A stretch of 27,883 bases of DNA from Verrucomicrobiales bacterium (GTDB taxonomy: Bacteria; Verrucomicrobiota; Verrucomicrobiia; Verrucomicrobiales; Akkermansiaceae). Location: the NCBI GenBank assembly GCA_003483645.1, contig DMYM01000431.1:1-27883 (forward strand). The letters run 5' to 3'. The position numbers and the translations under genes were made by a program. This document shows, one piece after another, positions 25,288-27,883 of the stretch. The notes below the pieces were generated by a model that saw only the letters and a program-made list of their open reading frames with translations, was not told where the DNA came from and searched no databases. Positions within the stretch are counted from its first letter, which is position 1, and every line of letters starts with the position of its first letter.

Positions 25288-27180
25288 CTAGGAGTGAGGC
25301 GGGTCCACCCGGTCCGGACTGGCAGGAGCTACCACAGGCACCTGACGATCGTCCTGTCCTTCCACTTCCGCCGCCAGCGGCATGGCCGCAATACCAGCGG
25401 CCGCGGCACCAGCCAGAAGCTGCTTGCGCTTGTTGGGGTGTCCGAAGCGCTCCCGGCGAATGACGAGCGAGTTCCTGTCGTGGATGCGGTAGATCACGTT
25501 GCGCACCTCGTCATCGCGGAAGAACTCGCCACCCGCCTTGAAAATGCGGTGCCAGAGATGATAGTCGTCGGCCCCGAGACCCACCGCGCGCTCCTGGTAG
25601 TTGCCCGCCTTGAGCGCAATCTTCGTCCGCATGGTGACCGACGAATGCGGCAGCATATTGTCGTCCGAGTTGCCGGTGAACATGGTCTCCAACGGCTTGT
25701 TGGGCCAGTGCAGGCGCGGGGTGATCTCTCCTTCCTGCAGGGTGTTGAGAAGGCAGCCGTAAACATCCACCCCCTTCTGATCAAGGGTCTGGACCGCCCG
25801 CTCAAGGTAGGTGGGCAGGAGCTGATCGTCGTAGTCGAGGGGTTTGTAAAACTCCGTTTCGCAACGTTCGAGAGCCTGCCGATGCAGCCAGCTGCAATGT
25901 TCGATGTCGGCCTCGAGACCAGTGCATATCAGCGGCAGGTCATAACGTGCGGCCAGTTTCTCGCCCAGCGACCACGGGCCATCGACCAGGAGAACAGTCT
26001 TGAACCTGCGGCAGGTCTGGGTCGCGATACTGTTGATAGCTTCGTCAAGATAGGAAACGTCCACCCCGTCGTGGATGCGAACGCCAAAAGTCACGCGTGC
26101 GTCTTCATGCTGCAGCCCGGTATGAGTGAGCCTCGCCAGGACCGGGCGATAGGAGCGAGCGTAGTTGGAACCAAGCGAGAGCTGATCCATGGAGGCGAGG
26201 CACTTGACCGGGTCGAGCCTGGCCGCCTTGAGGATGGCACGGTGCGCCACCTTCGCCAGTCGCCTGGGATTGTCGTTCCAGTCGATGAGGTAACCATTCT
26301 GGCCGTTCCTGATGAAATCCGCGATGCCACACGTTTTCGTCACCACTACCGGGATGCTGCAGCTCAGGGCTTCGGCGGCGGTGAGGAGGAATCCTTCCTT
26401 CCGGCTGTTGCCCAGCAGGACGTGGCAACCCTCCAAACGATGGCGATAACTCAGGGCATTGAAGTCGAGCGGCCGGATATCGAACCGATCCATCACCCCC
26501 AGCTTGCGCGCCAGTTTCATGACGGCCTCCATCGCTTCACTCTGCACCCGGAGCGTGTAGTCCAGGCCCGCGGTTTCAGCGCCGGTCCAGGCCCGCACCA
26601 CAAGACGTGGGTTTTCGGCGAGGAGGTAGGGCAGGGTCATCAACCCCTTGTCTTCAAGTGGCCGTCCCATCCAGCCCACCACGATGCGTCCCTGGGGATC
26701 GTAATTTCCCTTCACCATGCAGAACTCGGTCACCGGCGGAGGGAGAATCCCCCCATCAACATGATCATTCTCGTCAATCCACTGCCCGTAGCGATCCATC
26801 ACCTTTTGAGAAACACCCGCCACCGTCATTCCCCGACGACCCGCATACGCCTTGCTGAAATAACGCCAACCCGCCTCGTCCCATGAATGGAGCACCAGCG
26901 AGGTCGGTCTCTCCGGCAGGCCCTCGAGGTTGCCATAGCTCAAGAACCACGCACTCGGGTCATTGGGTGCCACCCGGGTGATCTCGCCACACGCGAACCC
27001 GTTCTCAACTGCCCTGTCGAGAAGCGGCGTGTCATGGGACTGGCAATAGAGGGTGGTGCGATCACGAACCCACTCCGGCAACGTTTCAATGTAACGCAAG
27101 ACCGCAGTCTGGGCCCCTCCCAGGGCCATATTGTGACTCACGAAGCAGGGAGCAATCTGAGGGAGCATGGTGTGCGACAT
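25288..27180 (-). CDS. Bifunctional glycosyltransferase: N-terminal GT4 (GT-B) fused to C-terminal GT2 (GT-A)
   Basis: GT4 motifs LGGAQT, GWMGR..EDKG and the E-x7-E motif EGFLLTAAE...PVVVT. GT2 motifs YLDEAINSIATQT, LLVDG, the DXD motif LDYDD, HSSVTMR and DDYHLWHR. Start reassigned to the ATG at 27180 (27168 is possible). Confidence 0.85.
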   Translation of the reverse strand: MSHTMLPQIAPCFVSHNMALGGAQTAVLRYIETLPEWVRDRTTLYCQSHDTPLLDRAVENGFACGEITRVAPNDPSAWFLSYGNLEGLPERPTSLVLHSWDEAGWRYFSKAYAGRRGMTVAGVSQKVMDRYGQWIDENDHVDGGILPPPVTEFCMVKGNYDPQGRIVVGWMGRPLEDKGLMTLPYLLAENPRLVVRAWTGAETAGLDYTLRVQSEAMEAVMKLARKLGVMDRFDIRPLDFNALSYRHRLEGCHVLLGNSRKEGFLLTAAEALSCSIPVVVTKTCGIADFIRNGQNGYLIDWNDNPRRLAKVAHRAILKAARLDPVKCLASMDQLSLGSNYARSYRPVLARLTHTGLQHEDARVTFGVRIHDGVDVSYLDEAINSIATQTCRRFKTVLLVDGPWSLGEKLAARYDLPLICTGLEADIEHCSWLHRQALERCETEFYKPLDYDDQLLPTYLERAVQTLDQKGVDVYGCLLNTLQEGEITPRLHWPNKPLETMFTGNSDDNMLPHSSVTMRTKIALKAGNYQERAVGLGADDYHLWHRIFKAGGEFFRDDEVRNVIYRIHDRNSLVIRRERFGHPNKRKQLLAGAAAAGIAAMPLAAEVEGQDDRQVPVVAPASPDRVDPPHS

Positions 27181-27341
27181 GGTAAGGATCGGTGAACTGT
27201 CGAGGGGCGCAGAGTTTACCGAACTCGGCCGCCGCTGGCAACAACCGCGCGACGTGCCCATATAATCCTACGGTGGTAATTCAGTCCAAAATATTCAAAT
27301 TTCGTGCCAGGATCCCATTTTCCCCGGTTTTACCCCGATCT

Positions 27342-27359
27342 GTCACTACATGAAGTGAC
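27342..27359. promoter_or_regulatory. Candidate operator GTCACT-N6-AGTGAC (TCAC-N8-GTGA core) in a divergent promoter region
   Basis: Perfect 6-bp inverted repeat in the relatively AT-rich gap between the GT gene and the DUF1549 gene. It has the same core and spacing as the site at 13322-13337. Confidence 0.4.
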
Positions 27360-27490
27360 TCGCAGCCAACGCAAACCAATCAGGGTGGGTCGATCCGTAA
27401 AATGCGGGAAAATGTTCAGGTGACGACAACGGTGCTGTCGCGCTGTAGAATTCCTCCGAGCTGACTTAAACTGTTCCCGAGTTCGCCCCC

Positions 27491-27883
27491 ATGAAGCCCT
27501 GCCCCCCCGTCACGGTTCTCTGCCTCGTGTTCACGACGGCAGGGAGTCTCGTGGGCGGGGAGAAACTCCACTGGTCCTTTCAGGAACTGCGGAAACCCGG
27601 TCTGCCTTCTCCCTCACAGGATGGCTGGGGTCACAACGAGATCGACCGATTCGTGAGCGGTCCCCTGCGGGCGGCGGGACTGGAACCCAACTCCCGGGCA
27701 GCCCCTCTCACCCTTCTCCGCCGCCTCACCCTTGACCTCACCGGCCTCCCCCCGACCCTCGGGGAAATCGAACGCTTCGAGTCTGCGGTACATGACCAGG
27801 GTCCGGATCAGGCCTACCTTGGACTCGTCAATCGCCTTCTTGCTTCACCCCATTACGGGGAACGCTGGGGACGTCACTGGCTC
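27491..27883 (+). CDS. DUF1549 (PSCyt2) domain-containing protein, 3'-truncated by the window (not in the ORF track)
   Basis: My translation from the ATG at 27491 reads MKPCPPVTVLCLVFTTAGSLVGGEKLHWSFQ...NEIDRFV...LLRRLTLDLTGLPPT...RLLASPHYGERWGRHWL, with no stop to the window end. Confidence 0.93.
   Translation, partial: MKPCPPVTVLCLVFTTAGSLVGGEKLHWSFQELRKPGLPSPSQDGWGHNEIDRFVSGPLRAAGLEPNSRAAPLTLLRRLTLDLTGLPPTLGEIERFESAVHDQGPDQAYLGLVNRLLASPHYGERWGRHWL

Noticed and set aside
27261-27266. Perfect TATAAT hexamer on the + strand
   Set aside because: No plausible -35 at 16-18 nt and 225 nt from the next + strand start, so it cannot be called a promoter from sequence alone.
1-27883. CRISPR arrays, tRNA/rRNA genes, IS elements and known riboswitches (including SAM, SAH or fluoride types near the DUF62 gene)
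   Set aside because: No regularly spaced repeats, cloverleafs, terminal inverted repeats or aptamer consensus were recognised by eye. An Infernal/tRNAscan run would be needed to exclude them formally.

Overview
GC-rich bacterial window whose gene content points to Verrucomicrobiota or a related PVC lineage. This assignment is inferred from the DUF1549/DUF1553 + DUF1501 cassettes, the LTD-CotH giants and the cytochrome b-c fusion. I found 14 supportable CDS and no RNA genes, CRISPR array or mobile element. The left end holds the tail of a sialate O-acetylesterase-like gene and a DUF62 SAM hydroxide adenosyltransferase. The largest feature is a 11.9 kb tandem pair of paralogous secreted proteins (2100 and 1784 aa). 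Both combine lamin-tail domains, glycan-binding-type modules, a CotH-like atypical kinase, TSP3-like Ca2+ repeats and a shared C-terminal domain. Divergent from them is a PSD1/planctomycete-cytochrome gene followed by two DUF1501 genes. A minus-strand run then encodes a GT4-GT2 fusion, a PfkB kinase, a Tat-exported Gfo/Idh/MocA oxidoreductase, a Rieske protein, a cytochrome b-diheme c fusion and DUF502. A second DUF1549 gene starts at the right edge. The best leads are the tandem extracellular kinase pair with its candidate sorting domain, a two-helix insertion at the b6/subunit IV junction of cytochrome b, and a TCAC-N8-GTGA palindrome upstream of both DUF1549 genes. All family assignments come from motif recognition by eye; no database search was run.
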